Shown: one piece after another, positions 47,137 through 57,958 of the stretch
Numbering within the stretch: position 1 is the stretch's first letter
How the letters are laid out: each line of letters opens with the position of its first letter
From: Pseudomonadota bacterium
GTDB lineage: Bacteria; Chloroflexota; UBA5177; JAJPKF01
NCBI GenBank assembly: GCA_021323865.1
Contig: JAJPKF010000020.1
Location: forward strand, 257,673-321,672
Length of the DNA: 64,000 nucleotides
Direction of reading: 5' to 3'
The notes under the pieces: generated by a model
Database searches by the model: none
What the model was told of the DNA's origin: nothing
Seen by the model: only the letters and a program-made list of their open reading frames with translations
Translations under genes and position numbers: made by a program

Positions 47137-48099
47137 CTACCCGGGCTTGCGGCCAATCAATGCCACATATGCGTCGTCAGGCATCGGAGGTCGGTCCGTA
47201 TTCCCCTTAACGATCTCGATGTCTGTAAATCTGGCCAGCTCCAGCAGGAGGGCCAGCTCGTTCTTGAAGTACTCGTTCTCGGTGAGGTGGTGGTGTTCTT
47301 CCTGGACGACCGCTCCATCCCGATACAGACGTGCTTCTATTTCGAGGGTGATGCGCTGGTCCAGCGGATCTATGGCGGCGAGCCGCGCCCGCAGGTTCAG
47401 CTGTTCACCGTTCGCGGCCGTCTTTGGCTCTCCCCAGTCGGGATAGGGTCGAGGAAGCTGCTCTCGCTGCTGGGCCGGGTAGGCGTTCCACCAGCCAATG
47501 TTCATGTACGGCAGACACAGGTCGATGACGAGGGCTCCGCCGGGCTTGAGGTGACGGTACGCACGTCGAAGGGACTCCCGATCCTGCTCTCGGGTTGAGC
47601 CCAATCCAAACGCTCCGCATATAAGGATGGTGCGGTAGCGACGCGGCGTGTTCAGCTCGTGCATTGGTTGGACGTGCAGTCTACCGGTGGGAAGATGCCG
47701 GTTCAGAAGCTCGCGCCGGGAGAACTCGATCATGTCCGGCGAGACGTCGCAGCCGTCGACATCCAGCCCTTCGCCGCGGAGCGGGATGAGAAGCCTTCCC
47801 GACCCACATCCGAGGTCAAGAGCCGGCTCACCGAACCTCCGGACGGCCGAGCGCCAGAACCCGAGCTCCTCCGGTTCGGCACGGTTGAATTCGGCCCACC
47901 ATCTCGCAATGAGTCCGTAATGCCAAGTGGCAGGCTGCAGCGGGAGGGCCACTGCTCTCCTTCCCAACTGCTGGGGATTGGTCCGAGTTCTGGTCGTCAA
48001 GATAGTCCCCCCTGAATCCTCCGGCGCACTCGCGCCCCTCAGACGCCCTAGGGGCTCTATCCCGGGATAATCCGGCAGCCGGCCGAATGTATCCGGCAA
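47137..48099 (-). CDS. Class I SAM-dependent methyltransferase (start probably later)
   Basis: LDLGCGSGR, GCDVSPDM, HLKPGG. Confidence 0.88.
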   Translation of the reverse strand: MPDTFGRLPDYPGIEPLGRLRGASAPEDSGGTILTTRTRTNPQQLGRRAVALPLQPATWHYGLIARWWAEFNRAEPEELGFWRSAVRRFGEPALDLGCGSGRLLIPLRGEGLDVDGCDVSPDMIEFSRRELLNRHLPTGRLHVQPMHELNTPRRYRTILICGAFGLGSTREQDRESLRRAYRHLKPGGALVIDLCLPYMNIGWWNAYPAQQREQLPRPYPDWGEPKTAANGEQLNLRARLAAIDPLDQRITLEIEARLYRDGAVVQEEHHHLTENEYFKNELALLLELARFTDIEIVKGNTDRPPMPDDAYVALIGRKPG

Positions 48100-48117
48100 C
48101 TCGACCGCCCGCAGTGT

Positions 48118-48582
48118 CTAGGCAGCTTCCAAAGCCGCGATGTCGAGTTTCACCATGCCCATCATGGCTTTCATGCGGCGTTCGGCCCGGGCCGGGTCGG
48201 GAGGGCTCAGCAGCTCTCCAATGTTCTCGGGAACGATCTGCCACGAAAGGCCGAATCGATCCGTCAGCCAACCGCAGGCCACTTCGGTTCCCCCTTCCGC
48301 GGTCAGCTTGTCCCAGTAGTAGTCGATCTCCGCCTGGTCCTTACAGGCGACAGTGAAGGAAAAGGCGGGGGTCAGCTTCTGCTCGGGACCTCCATTGAAG
48401 AGCTGAATTTTCTGTCCTTCGATCTCCACTCGGGCCATCAGGACGCTCCCCTCCGGAAATGGCGCGCCGGGCCCCCAACGATCGACGCCGAGCGACCGTG
48501 CATTCTTGAAGACCGAGAGGTAGAGATTCATCGCCTCCTCGGCCTGGTTCTCAAACCACAGAAACGGCGTGACGGTAGGCAT
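48118..48582 (-). CDS. VOC/PhnB-like (3-demethylubiquinone-9 3-MT family) protein
   Basis: TPFLWF..QAEEA, FNGGP, CGWLTDRFGLSWQIVP. Confidence 0.9.
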   Translation of the reverse strand: MPTVTPFLWFENQAEEAMNLYLSVFKNARSLGVDRWGPGAPFPEGSVLMARVEIEGQKIQLFNGGPEQKLTPAFSFTVACKDQAEIDYYWDKLTAEGGTEVACGWLTDRFGLSWQIVPENIGELLSPPDPARAERRMKAMMGMVKLDIAALEAA

Positions 48583-48853
48583 GACAGGCTCCTTCAGATT
48601 GATTCCCAGATTGTAGTCCTCAGGGCAGGCCCGACCTCGGCGACCTCATGCTCTCGTCTCTGTTCGGACAGTGTCCGCCTCGGCCGTATTCGCGGCATTT
48701 CCGCGGGCGTGTTTCGGCTGATTCGAGGGCCAGACTCCGGATGGGACAGGGGAAGGGATAGAGCCAAACGGTGGCGGCACAAGGTGTCATCCAGCGGTCG
48801 CAACATCGGCAGTCTACAATCCACTAATCCGCAGCCATGCTCGAGGTTCCCCC

Positions 48854-49336
48854 ATGCCGGATCCATCGGTCACTCATGTCACCTTTACGTTCGACCGGCT
48901 CTGCCAGGCTCGGGTGGAGCGGGTCTTTCAAGCCTTTGCCGACCCGCGACAGAAGACCCGCTGGCAGGACTCGCCGGAGGTTGAGCCGGCCGAGCCCGAC
49001 GCCGGAGACGACTACCTGGAGTTCGACTTCCGGGTCGGGGGCCACGAGCGCTTCGCCTTCAAGGTCGACGATGTGACCTACGAATATGACGCACAGTACT
49101 TCGACATTGTTCCCGACCGGAGGCTCGTGTACCGCTACGCGATGGCGGCCAACGGGCGGCCCGACTCGATGTCAATCGTCACGGTGGTCCTAACGCCGCA
49201 AGGGGAAAGGACGGCACTGAGCTACACCGAGCAGGGTACGTTCCTGGATGGGATCGACGACCCAGCCATCCGCGAGGCCGGGATCTCGGAGCTCCTCGAC
49301 AATCTGGTCACGTTTGTCTCGCTGCCGGTTCGCTAG
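48854..49336 (+). CDS. SRPBCC/AHSA1 family protein
   Basis: RVFQAFADP, DFRVGG.E, YFDIVPDRRLVY, YTEQG. Confidence 0.85.
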   Translation: MPDPSVTHVTFTFDRLCQARVERVFQAFADPRQKTRWQDSPEVEPAEPDAGDDYLEFDFRVGGHERFAFKVDDVTYEYDAQYFDIVPDRRLVYRYAMAANGRPDSMSIVTVVLTPQGERTALSYTEQGTFLDGIDDPAIREAGISELLDNLVTFVSLPVR

Positions 49337-49574
49337 CTCCGAGCATGCCCTCCAGCGCAGAAGCGTGCCGAGGGCCATGGCAGGTGCTCGCACCGCAACT
49401 TTCACCGAAAGTTCAACAGGAAATCAGACTTTCGCAACCTTTGATTCTTATGACTGAAGATATGGCCTGGGTAGTGCCCAGACGACCCCAGGCAACAGAA
49501 CCCTGATTCGCGGGTGCGGCGGAGCCCAGTAGAGGCTCGCCGCGAGAAGCTCGGCGGACGGAGGAGCACCGAGC

Positions 49575-52102
49575 ATGCCCCTACTCCAGCGGACGGTCAT
49601 CGAAGCGGCCCCCACGGAGACAGAGGCGCCCTCGCGGCCGGAAGGCCGCGGCAAGTTCCTGTTCCAGGGGGCCGAGAAGCTCTACGTGCGCGGGGTAACG
49701 TACGGGACCTTTGCGCCGGGTCCGGACGGCTGCGATTATCCCGAACCCGCGACCGTTAAGAGCGACTTCCAAACCATGGCCGCCCGGGGCATCAATGCGG
49801 TGCGCACCTACACGGTCCCGCCTCGGTGGCTGCTCGACCTTGCGGAGCAGCAGGGGCTGCTCGTCATGGTCGGCATTCCCTGGGAACAACACGTCGCGTT
49901 TCTCGACGACCCGGCCATGGTGCGCCGAATCAGGGATCGGGTCCGCAGCGGTGTGGCGGCATGCGCAGGCCATCCAGCCGTACTTTGCTATGCCATCGGG
50001 AACGAGATCCCTGCCTCGATCGTGCGGTGGCACGGCCGGCGAAACATCGAGCGGTTCCTCAGGACCTTGTACCAAGTGGCGAAGAGCCAGGACCCCGATG
50101 CGCTGGTCACCTATGTCAACTTTCCCTCGACCGAATACCTACAGCTTCCCTTTCTCGATCTGGTCTGCTTCAATGTCTACCTGGAGTCCGACGAGGCCTT
50201 CGACGCCTATCTGCCTCGACTCAGCAATCTGGCCGGAAACAGACCCCTGCTCATGACCGAGATCGGGTTGGACAGCTCCCGTCATGGAGAGACCCGGCAA
50301 GCCCAGTTCTGGAATCCCAAGTGAGACGGGTCTTCGCCGCGGGTTTCGCCGGCGCTTTTGTCTTCTCCTGGACGGACGAGTGGTATCGGGGCGGAGCAGA
50401 AATCATGGACTGGGACTTCGGGTTGACAACCCGGAGGCGCAAGCCCAAGCCGGCCCTGACTGCGGTTTCTGCCTCCTTCGGACACATCCCCTTTCCCCCC
50501 GATGTCGCTTGGCCACGGATCTCGGTGGTCGTGTGCACCCACAACGGCTCACGGACGATTGGGGATTGTTGCGAGGGCCTGCTGCAGCTCGACTATCCAG
50601 AGTTCGAGGTCATCGTGGTTGACGACGGCTCAACCGACGGCGCTGCCGAGATCGTGGAGAGCTACGGGTTCCATGCGTTCAGAACCAGCAATCGCGGCCT
50701 GAGCGCAGCACGCAATACCGGCCTGCAGCTGGCAACCGGGGAGATCGTGGCCTATCTCGACGACGACGCGCGACCTGACCCCCAATGGCTTCGGTACCTG
50801 GCCTACAGCTTCATGACCTCGAATCACGCAGCCATCGGAGGTCCGAACATCGCGCCGTCCAGTGATGGTCCCATCGCACAGTGCGTGGCCAACGCTCCGG
50901 GCGGTCCGATTCACGTCCTTCTGACCGACCAAACCGCCGAGCACATACCCGGATGCAACTTTGCGGTTCGATCGTCATGTTTGCGGCAGCTACAGGGCTT
51001 CGATCGACGCTTCCGCGTCGCCGGTGACGACGTCGACATGTGCTGGCGGATCCAGGATGCCGGTTGGACCATCGGCTACAGTCCGGGTGCGATGGTTTGG
51101 CATCACCGCAGAAACTCCATCAAGGCCTACTGGAAGCAGCAGGTCGGCTATGGTCGGGCCGAAGCGCTGCTGGAAAGCAAATGGCCGGAACGGTACAACA
51201 CCTTCGGCCATGTGAGCTGGAAGGGCAGAATCTACGGCGCCGGTCCCACGCGCGCACTGCCTTCATTTCGTGCCCGAGTGTACGGAGGAGTGTGGGGGAC
51301 GGCGCCATTTCAGTCCATTTACGAACGGGTACCCGGCGGCCTGGGATCATTGCCCCTGATGCCGGAGTGGAATCTTCTGACGGTGTTCCTGGGCGGCTTG
51401 GGGCTGCTGGGTTTCCTCTGGCGGCCGCTGCTCGCGGTGCTGCCGTTGTTCGGGCTCGCCATCGGTATTCAGCTGCTGCAGTCGCTGCTGAGCGCCTCTC
51501 GGGCGTCGTTTCCGGCTACCGCCGGCCGCAGCAGGGGCGGCATGATCGCAATCACCACACTGCTCCATGTGCTGCAGCCGATGGCGAGGCTTTGGGGCAG
51601 ACTCCGCTACGGATTGACGCTATGGCGCCTCGGCTCGCGGGCGACACGGCACATATCTCCCGCGCTGCCCAGGCCGCGTCGGATCGACATATGGCGCGAG
51701 ACCTGGGAAGCGCCCGAGACGATGCTGACCAGCCTGGACTCCTGGGTCAGACGCCACGGCCTTCCCACCCGGTCAGGCGGTGGGTTTGACCGCTGGGACA
51801 TGCAGGTGTGCGCCGGCATCCTTGGCTGTGCCCGGCTGAGGATGGCCGTCGAGGAGCACGGTCAAGGCGCGCAGCTGTTCCGGTTTCGGGCCTGGCCCAT
51901 TCCCTCGGTCACGGGTCTGACGCTCATGGGAGTGCTCCTGTTCCTCTGCGCGGCAGCGGCGGTATCCGGCTCGGTGGTGGCGTCAGTCTGCCTGGCTGTC
52001 GTGCTGGCGTTTTTCCTCTTTCACATGGTTAGAGACCTGTCCTGCAGCATTGGATCGGTGCTTGCCGCGTTACACTCCGCCGCAGACCCCGAGCGGCGGT
52101 AG
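49575..52102 (+). pseudogene. GH2-like TIM barrel plus GT2 glycosyltransferase fusion, split by a frameshift near 50305
   Basis: First frame: RGVTYG, NAVRTY, IGNEIP, MTEIG. Second frame continues VLESQVRRVFAAGFAGAFVFSWTDEW, then GT2 motifs VVDDGSTD, YLDDD, GDDVD and TM helices. Confidence 0.8.
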
Positions 52103-52105
52103 CTC

Positions 52106-53866
52106 GTGAGCAACTACAGCGACTCTCTCCTCTATCGACGGTTGGCACGGCAGGCCCGGCCTTACTGGCCGCACATCGGGGGTCTGTTTCTGCTGAGCCT
52201 GCTGGCCACACCCATCGCGCTGCTGACTCCGCTGCCGCTCAAGATCGCGGTGGACAACATCGTCGGCCATCATCCCTTGCCGGGCTTCATCGCCTGGCTC
52301 ATCCCATCGGCCGTCGCGAGGTCTCACCTATCCGTGCTCGCATTGGCGGCGGTGATCTTCGTCGTGGTGGCCTTCCTCAATCAGCTCCAGCAATTGGCGA
52401 CCACCGCATTGAGCACCTATGCCGGCGAGAAGATGGTCCTCAGCTTTCGGGAGCAGCTCTTTCGCCAAGCCCAGCGCTTGTCACTGGCATATCACGACAT
52501 GAAGGGCACCACCGATTCCGTCTACCGCATACAGTACGACGCTCCCTCGATCCAGTGGATCGGCATTTACGGCGTCATCCCCTTCGTGTCCGCGCTCTTC
52601 ACGCTGGTGGGCATGTTTGTGGTGACCGTCCAGATCGACTGGGTCCTGGCCGTGGTGGCGATGACCGTATCTCCGGCGCTCTTCCTGGTGGCGCGTTCCT
52701 ACCGCCGGCGCCTCCGGGATCGCTGGCGCAACGTCAAGGACCTGGAGAGTTCTGCGATGTCGGTGGTGCACGAAGGGCTCTCGGCGATACGGGTGATCAA
52801 GGCCTTCGGGCAGGAAGACCGAGAGCAAAAGCGGTTCATCGAGCGTTCCGGCGCCGGCATGTGGGCCCGAATCCGGGTGACCATCATCGCCGGGTGGTTC
52901 GATCTGGCGATCTCCATGATTACCGCCCTGGGCACGGCGGCCGTTCTCTTTATCGGTATGCTTCACGTCGAGGCGCACATCATCACCGTCGGACTGCTGC
53001 TGCTGATCATGGGCTATCTGGTCGAGCTCTACGCACCGCTGCAGACGGTCAGCCAAAGCTTCGCCATGCTGCAGTCCTCCCTCGCGAGCGCGGAGCGAGC
53101 CTTCACCCTACTCGACCAAGCTCCCGATGTCGTGGAGAAGCCCCATGCGCGGCCGTTGATGCGGGCGCTGGGGGACATCAGCTTCGATGATGTTTGGTTC
53201 CGCTACGGCGAGGAACGCCCGGTTCTCAGCGCGGTGTCGTTTCACGTGGCGCCCGGAACCAAGGTGGGAATCGCGGGCGCGACCGGGGCCGGTAAGACCA
53301 CGCTGGTCAGCCTGCTCACCCGCTTCTATGACCCTACCCAGGGCTCGATCATGCTCGACGGCATTGATCTCCGTGATTACAAGCTCGCCGATCTCCGCAA
53401 TCAATTCGCCATCGTGCTCCAGGATCCAGTGCTCTTTTCGACCACCATCGCCGAGAACATCGCCTATGGGCGGCCCGATGCCCGGCCGGAGGAGATCATG
53501 GAGGCCGCACGGATGGCCAACATTCATGACTTCATCAGCAGTCTGCCGGAGGGCTACGAGACGCAGGTTGGAGAGCGCGGCATGCGCATGTCGGGCGGCG
53601 AACGTCAGCGCATATCGCTGGCCAGAGCGTTCCTCAAGGATGCGCCTATCCTGATCCTGGACGAGCCGACGAGCTCAGTGGATCTGCGAACCGAGGCTGC
53701 CATCATGGCAGACATGGAACGCTTGATGGAGGGCAAGACGGCGTTTCTCATCGCTCACCGGCTCTCAACCCTTTCGTCGTGTGACCTGCGCCTCGAAATC
53801 GACTCCGGGCAGCTCCGGTCTCAGAAGAGGGAAGTGACGCCCGATTCAGTGACCGTCGCGAGCTGA
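52106..53866 (+). CDS. ABC exporter, TMD and NBD (MsbA-like)
   Basis: GATGAGKT, MSGGERQR, ILDEPTS, IAHR. Confidence 0.92.
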   Translation: MSNYSDSLLYRRLARQARPYWPHIGGLFLLSLLATPIALLTPLPLKIAVDNIVGHHPLPGFIAWLIPSAVARSHLSVLALAAVIFVVVAFLNQLQQLATTALSTYAGEKMVLSFREQLFRQAQRLSLAYHDMKGTTDSVYRIQYDAPSIQWIGIYGVIPFVSALFTLVGMFVVTVQIDWVLAVVAMTVSPALFLVARSYRRRLRDRWRNVKDLESSAMSVVHEGLSAIRVIKAFGQEDREQKRFIERSGAGMWARIRVTIIAGWFDLAISMITALGTAAVLFIGMLHVEAHIITVGLLLLIMGYLVELYAPLQTVSQSFAMLQSSLASAERAFTLLDQAPDVVEKPHARPLMRALGDISFDDVWFRYGEERPVLSAVSFHVAPGTKVGIAGATGAGKTTLVSLLTRFYDPTQGSIMLDGIDLRDYKLADLRNQFAIVLQDPVLFSTTIAENIAYGRPDARPEEIMEAARMANIHDFISSLPEGYETQVGERGMRMSGGERQRISLARAFLKDAPILILDEPTSSVDLRTEAAIMADMERLMEGKTAFLIAHRLSTLSSCDLRLEIDSGQLRSQKREVTPDSVTVAS

Positions 53867-53870
53867 CGAA

Positions 53871-54884
53871 GTGCTTGCGCAAGAGGAGCTGTCGACTGCT
53901 GCCGCCCGGAGCGAGACACCTTCCGATCTGCCTACCGACGACGAACTTCTCTTCGGCCTAGCCATCGCTCTGTCGGAGACAGGGTCGAAGCCTCGGAAGC
54001 TGGAGCTGGTGGACCGAAGGCCCAATCCCGAAGCCTCCACCTTTGCCAGTGAGCGCATCACCTGCCGCGTCGACGGCACCGAGCTCCGTCTCTTCTGCAA
54101 GTACGCGGTGAGCCGGGTGGGAGAACCGGACCCGGCAGCGGGCCTCGCCTACGAGATCGCGGTCTACCGCTCGATCCTTGGCCATCTCAACCTCGCAACC
54201 CCGCGCTATTACGGATCGGTTGATCAGGGCGTCCCCTCGGCGCCCTGGCTGGTCGTGGAGTCGATCGAGGCTGCCCAATCGATTGACGTCATGGAGGGGA
54301 CGGAGGCGGTTTGCGCGGCCGCAAAGTGGATCGGAAACTTCCACCGCCTCATGGAATCATCCGGGAGCCGCTTCGACACCGGCTTTCTCAGTCAGTTCGC
54401 CGAGGCCGACTGCGTCGCGCCGCCGGAGTGGCTGGATCGTCTCAAACAGCTCCCTCGGGGGGCTGAGCCGGTTTGGTGGTACCGGCTGGTTCGGTATTTT
54501 CTGAGGCTGGCGCCGATCCTGGCGGAGGACGCGACGGTCATTCACGGCGACTATTACGGACCGAACGTGCTGTTCCAACAGGGCCAGGTACGTCCGCTTG
54601 ACTGGCATACGGCAAGGTCCGGTCCCGGCGTCATCGACCTGGCGATGCTGCTCGAGGCTCGCCCGAGCTCTCAAGTCGAACCGATCGTGTCGGCCTATCG
54701 TCTGGCCCGGTGGGGTGCAAACCCGCCGGCTGACCTCTTAGACAGATTGACTGCCGCTCGACTGTGGCTGCACTTCAGAACCGTCGGCGTTGTCTGGGTC
54801 CCCGGCCGCGGCAGGAAGTGGCGACTTGAGTCCCTGCGGGAGGAGGCACGCGAGTTGGGGTTTCTCCGTTCCTCGAATGGTTGA
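53871..54884 (+). CDS. Aminoglycoside/choline kinase-like phosphotransferase
   Basis: LFCKY, IHGDYYGPNV, LDW, DLA. Confidence 0.8.
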   Translation: MLAQEELSTAAARSETPSDLPTDDELLFGLAIALSETGSKPRKLELVDRRPNPEASTFASERITCRVDGTELRLFCKYAVSRVGEPDPAAGLAYEIAVYRSILGHLNLATPRYYGSVDQGVPSAPWLVVESIEAAQSIDVMEGTEAVCAAAKWIGNFHRLMESSGSRFDTGFLSQFAEADCVAPPEWLDRLKQLPRGAEPVWWYRLVRYFLRLAPILAEDATVIHGDYYGPNVLFQQGQVRPLDWHTARSGPGVIDLAMLLEARPSSQVEPIVSAYRLARWGANPPADLLDRLTAARLWLHFRTVGVVWVPGRGRKWRLESLREEARELGFLRSSNG

Positions 54885-55923
54885 GGCCAGCGCAGGTGCC
54901 GCTGGGGATCGAGGGGTGGCTGTTGCCGGGCACTCGAACTTGCGCCCGCCCTACCCGGCCGACTCAGCGCTGCGTGAAGGGCTCGAAGGTATTTTCCGGC
55001 GGGCCCGGCCCCATGCGCGACTGGAGATCGTGTCGAGGCAGCTAAATCCATTCACCAGCACCTTTGCCTCGGAGAAAGTGGTGTGTCGGGTCGACGGCGA
55101 GGTGGTTCGCCTGTTTTGCAAATACGGCACCGGCCGTAATGCCGCCGAGCAAGGGGCGGATCCCAAGCTGCTGGGCTACGAAACCGAGATATACCGCTCG
55201 GTGCTTCCGACACTACAAGTCTCGACTCCACTTTTTCATGGGGCTATCCTCTCGGGACTGCCGCATTCGCCCTGGCTTTTCATCGAGGATCTTGACGGCG
55301 CCACCCAGCTCGACAAGTCGCCAACGCTCGATGTCTATCTGCGGGCCGCGGCCTGGATCGCCCGGTTCCACGACGAATCTCGAGCGCTTCTCGATGACCC
55401 CCGAGCGCGCTTCATTCGCCGTTTCGTCCTCGACGACTATCTGGCTCCGATCGAGCCCATCGGATCCATGGATCTCTTCGGAGCCGAGGGCGACTGGCTG
55501 GGTGAGGTCATCGAGCGCTACTGCGATCTGGCGCCCATCCTCACCGACGATCCCGTGCTCACCCATGGCGAGTACTATCCGCAAAACATTCTGGTTCGGG
55601 GAGACCGGATCGCTCCGGTTGACTGGCAGGGTGCAAGGATCGGAGCGGCCGAGGTCGACCTGGCCATGCTCACGGACGCCTGGTCAAATCGACAGACCGC
55701 CCGGATGGTACAGCACTACCGCAGTGCGAGCCGGCAGAAGATGAGCGATGAATCATTCGAGCGCCGCTTCCTGGCCGCCCGGATCTACGTTCAGCTTTAC
55801 TGGCTCACGACCGAGCCGGGCCGGGTGCGCTTTCTTCGATCTGAAGCACGGCACCTCGGGGTGAAGGTGCCGAAGGCGCCACCTCGGCCAACCCGGCAGG
55901 GGCCGGGCAGGCCCGCGAGCTGA
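54877..55923 (+). CDS. Phosphotransferase paralog
   Basis: STFASE, LFCKY, THGEYYPQNI, VDW, DLA. Confidence 0.8.
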   Translation: MVEASAGAAGDRGVAVAGHSNLRPPYPADSALREGLEGIFRRARPHARLEIVSRQLNPFTSTFASEKVVCRVDGEVVRLFCKYGTGRNAAEQGADPKLLGYETEIYRSVLPTLQVSTPLFHGAILSGLPHSPWLFIEDLDGATQLDKSPTLDVYLRAAAWIARFHDESRALLDDPRARFIRRFVLDDYLAPIEPIGSMDLFGAEGDWLGEVIERYCDLAPILTDDPVLTHGEYYPQNILVRGDRIAPVDWQGARIGAAEVDLAMLTDAWSNRQTARMVQHYRSASRQKMSDESFERRFLAARIYVQLYWLTTEPGRVRFLRSEARHLGVKVPKAPPRPTRQGPGRPAS

Positions 55924-55924
55924 A

Positions 55925-57133
55925 ATGACCAAGCGCGTGATCGTGGTGCTTGGGGTTATGGCGGGTAATCCCTATGCCGGCATCGCCTGGCAATGCCTTC
56001 AATACCTGATTGGCCTGCGGCGTCTCGGCCATGAGGTCTACTACTTCGAAGTGTCCTCCGTGTGGCCGTACGATCCGAACCGTCGGAGTCCGGTGGACGA
56101 CTCCGCGTATCCACTGAGCTACCTCCAGAGGCTTGCGGCCGACTTCGATTTCCGTGGCCGCTGGGCCTACCGCCGGAGCTACTCCGATGGCGAGTGGTTC
56201 GGCCTGCCGAGGACGCGCGCCGAGGCCATACTTCGGGAAGCCGACGCCGTGCTCAACATCTCGGGCGCCACGGACGTTCGCGCCGAGGGCTTGAGCGAGA
56301 ATCTCATTCTCGTGGGAACCGATCCGGTCGTGGAGGAGGCCCGGTTGGCCGCCGGCATCGAGGACACAGCCTGCCATATCTCGGCGCACCGAGCCAGCTT
56401 CACCTTTGGCGAGAACATCGGGACCGACCGGTCGCCCGTGCCGGCCTTCCCCAATCTCGCCGGAACGACGCGCCAGCCCGTGGTTCTCGATTTCTGGGGA
56501 CCGCAAGGCGCTCCATCCCGGGATGTCTTCACGACAGTGGGCAACTGGCATCAGGAAGGCACGGAGATCGCATTCGGCGGCGAGACATACTTCTGGAGCA
56601 AGGATCGGGAGTTCCTAAGGTTCGTCGACCTGCCGCGGCGCCTCGGCATGCAGATAGAGCTGGCGACCACATTGGATCCCTCGGGCGAGCTGGAATCGCC
56701 TGGCAACGGCTCCCTTCCGGCCGGTGCCGGAACACCACGAGAGGTGTTGGAGAGCCATGGATGGAGGCTGATCGATGCCCTGGCCCTGACCGGCGATCCG
56801 TGGTCCTATCGCGACTACATCCGGGCCTCGAAGGGTGAGTTCACGGTGGCCAAGGACGCCAACGTCCGGCTCCGAACCGGCTGGTTCAGCGATCGCAGCG
56901 CCTCATACCTGGCCGCCGGACGGCCGGTCATCACCCAAGACACCGGCTTCGGCGACGTGCTCCCCACCGGCCGCGGTCTGTTCGCCTTTCGGTGCATGGA
57001 GGATATTCTGGCCGCCTTTGCCGCCATTCAAGCGGACTACGCCGAACACAGCCGCGCGGCGCGTGACATCGCCCAGCAGTATTTCCGTGCGGAGACCGTG
57101 CTGAGTCGCATGCTGGCCGACGCGGGCCTCTAG
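55925..57133 (+). CDS. GT-B (GT1/CgeB-like) glycosyltransferase
   Basis: AGIAWQCLQYLIGLRRLGHEV; GWFSDRSASYLAAGRPVITQDTG. Confidence 0.75.
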   Translation: MTKRVIVVLGVMAGNPYAGIAWQCLQYLIGLRRLGHEVYYFEVSSVWPYDPNRRSPVDDSAYPLSYLQRLAADFDFRGRWAYRRSYSDGEWFGLPRTRAEAILREADAVLNISGATDVRAEGLSENLILVGTDPVVEEARLAAGIEDTACHISAHRASFTFGENIGTDRSPVPAFPNLAGTTRQPVVLDFWGPQGAPSRDVFTTVGNWHQEGTEIAFGGETYFWSKDREFLRFVDLPRRLGMQIELATTLDPSGELESPGNGSLPAGAGTPREVLESHGWRLIDALALTGDPWSYRDYIRASKGEFTVAKDANVRLRTGWFSDRSASYLAAGRPVITQDTGFGDVLPTGRGLFAFRCMEDILAAFAAIQADYAEHSRAARDIAQQYFRAETVLSRMLADAGL

Positions 57134-57958
57134 GTGCCCCGTAGTACCGCCGGTGAAGGGCGTGGCGATCTCCCTTCATCGGCTCCGGGCCGAACCTCTG
57201 TCGACGGAGCCGTGGCATTGGGAGAAGCAGCGCCCAATGTCGAGAGGCGCCTCATCGTCAACGCCGACGATTTTGGGCTCTCGCCGGGCGTGAACGAGGG
57301 GATTATCCGGTCTCATGAGGAGGGCATCGTTACCAGCGCCAGCCTCATGGTCCGTCAGGCGGCTGCAGCCGAGGCCGCGTCGTATGCACGCCGCTCCCCT
57401 CGTCTCAGTGTTGGCCTGCACCTTGACCTGGGAGAGTGGGAGTTTCGTGGCGCGGAGTGGAGGATCCGATATGAGGTGGTTCCGATGGATCAAAGCGAAG
57501 CGGTCGAGCGGGAGGTGGAGAGCCAGCTTGATCGGTTTCACGATCTCGTGGGCACGCATCCCACGCACATCGACAGCCACCAGCACATTCACCGAGACCA
57601 GCCCGCCCGCTCGGCGGTTCTCGCGGCGGCATCCGAGTTGAGAATACCGGTTCGGGACATGACCGAGGAGATTCGCTACCTCGGCGACTTCTACGGGCAA
57701 GACGATACGGGAAATCCGCTGCCGGAGCTGGTCAGCGTCGCGGCATTGGTGCGACGTGTCTCGGAGCTGCCCGCGGGTACCACCGAGCTGGGCTGCCACC
57801 CGGGCCTCGACGACAAGCTGCCCTCGGCCTACGGCCGCGAACGAGCCCTGGAGGTGGAGGCTTTGTGTAGTCGGGAGGTCAAGGCGGCGATCACGGAGGT
57901 TAATGTCTCCCTCATTTCCTTCCGCGACGTTGCGTGCTCGCCGTTGAGGGCCCGATGA
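57134..57958 (+). CDS. ChbG/HpnK (YdjC) family carbohydrate deacetylase
   Basis: IVNADDFG, VGLHL, HIDSHQH, ELGCHPG. Confidence 0.9.
   Translation: MPRSTAGEGRGDLPSSAPGRTSVDGAVALGEAAPNVERRLIVNADDFGLSPGVNEGIIRSHEEGIVTSASLMVRQAAAAEAASYARRSPRLSVGLHLDLGEWEFRGAEWRIRYEVVPMDQSEAVEREVESQLDRFHDLVGTHPTHIDSHQHIHRDQPARSAVLAAASELRIPVRDMTEEIRYLGDFYGQDDTGNPLPELVSVAALVRRVSELPAGTTELGCHPGLDDKLPSAYGRERALEVEALCSREVKAAITEVNVSLISFRDVACSPLRAR

Noticed and set aside
49826-50300. N-terminal 160 aa of the 758-aa ORF
   Set aside because: Out-of-frame read-back upstream of the frameshift. The true coding frame here is 49575-50324.
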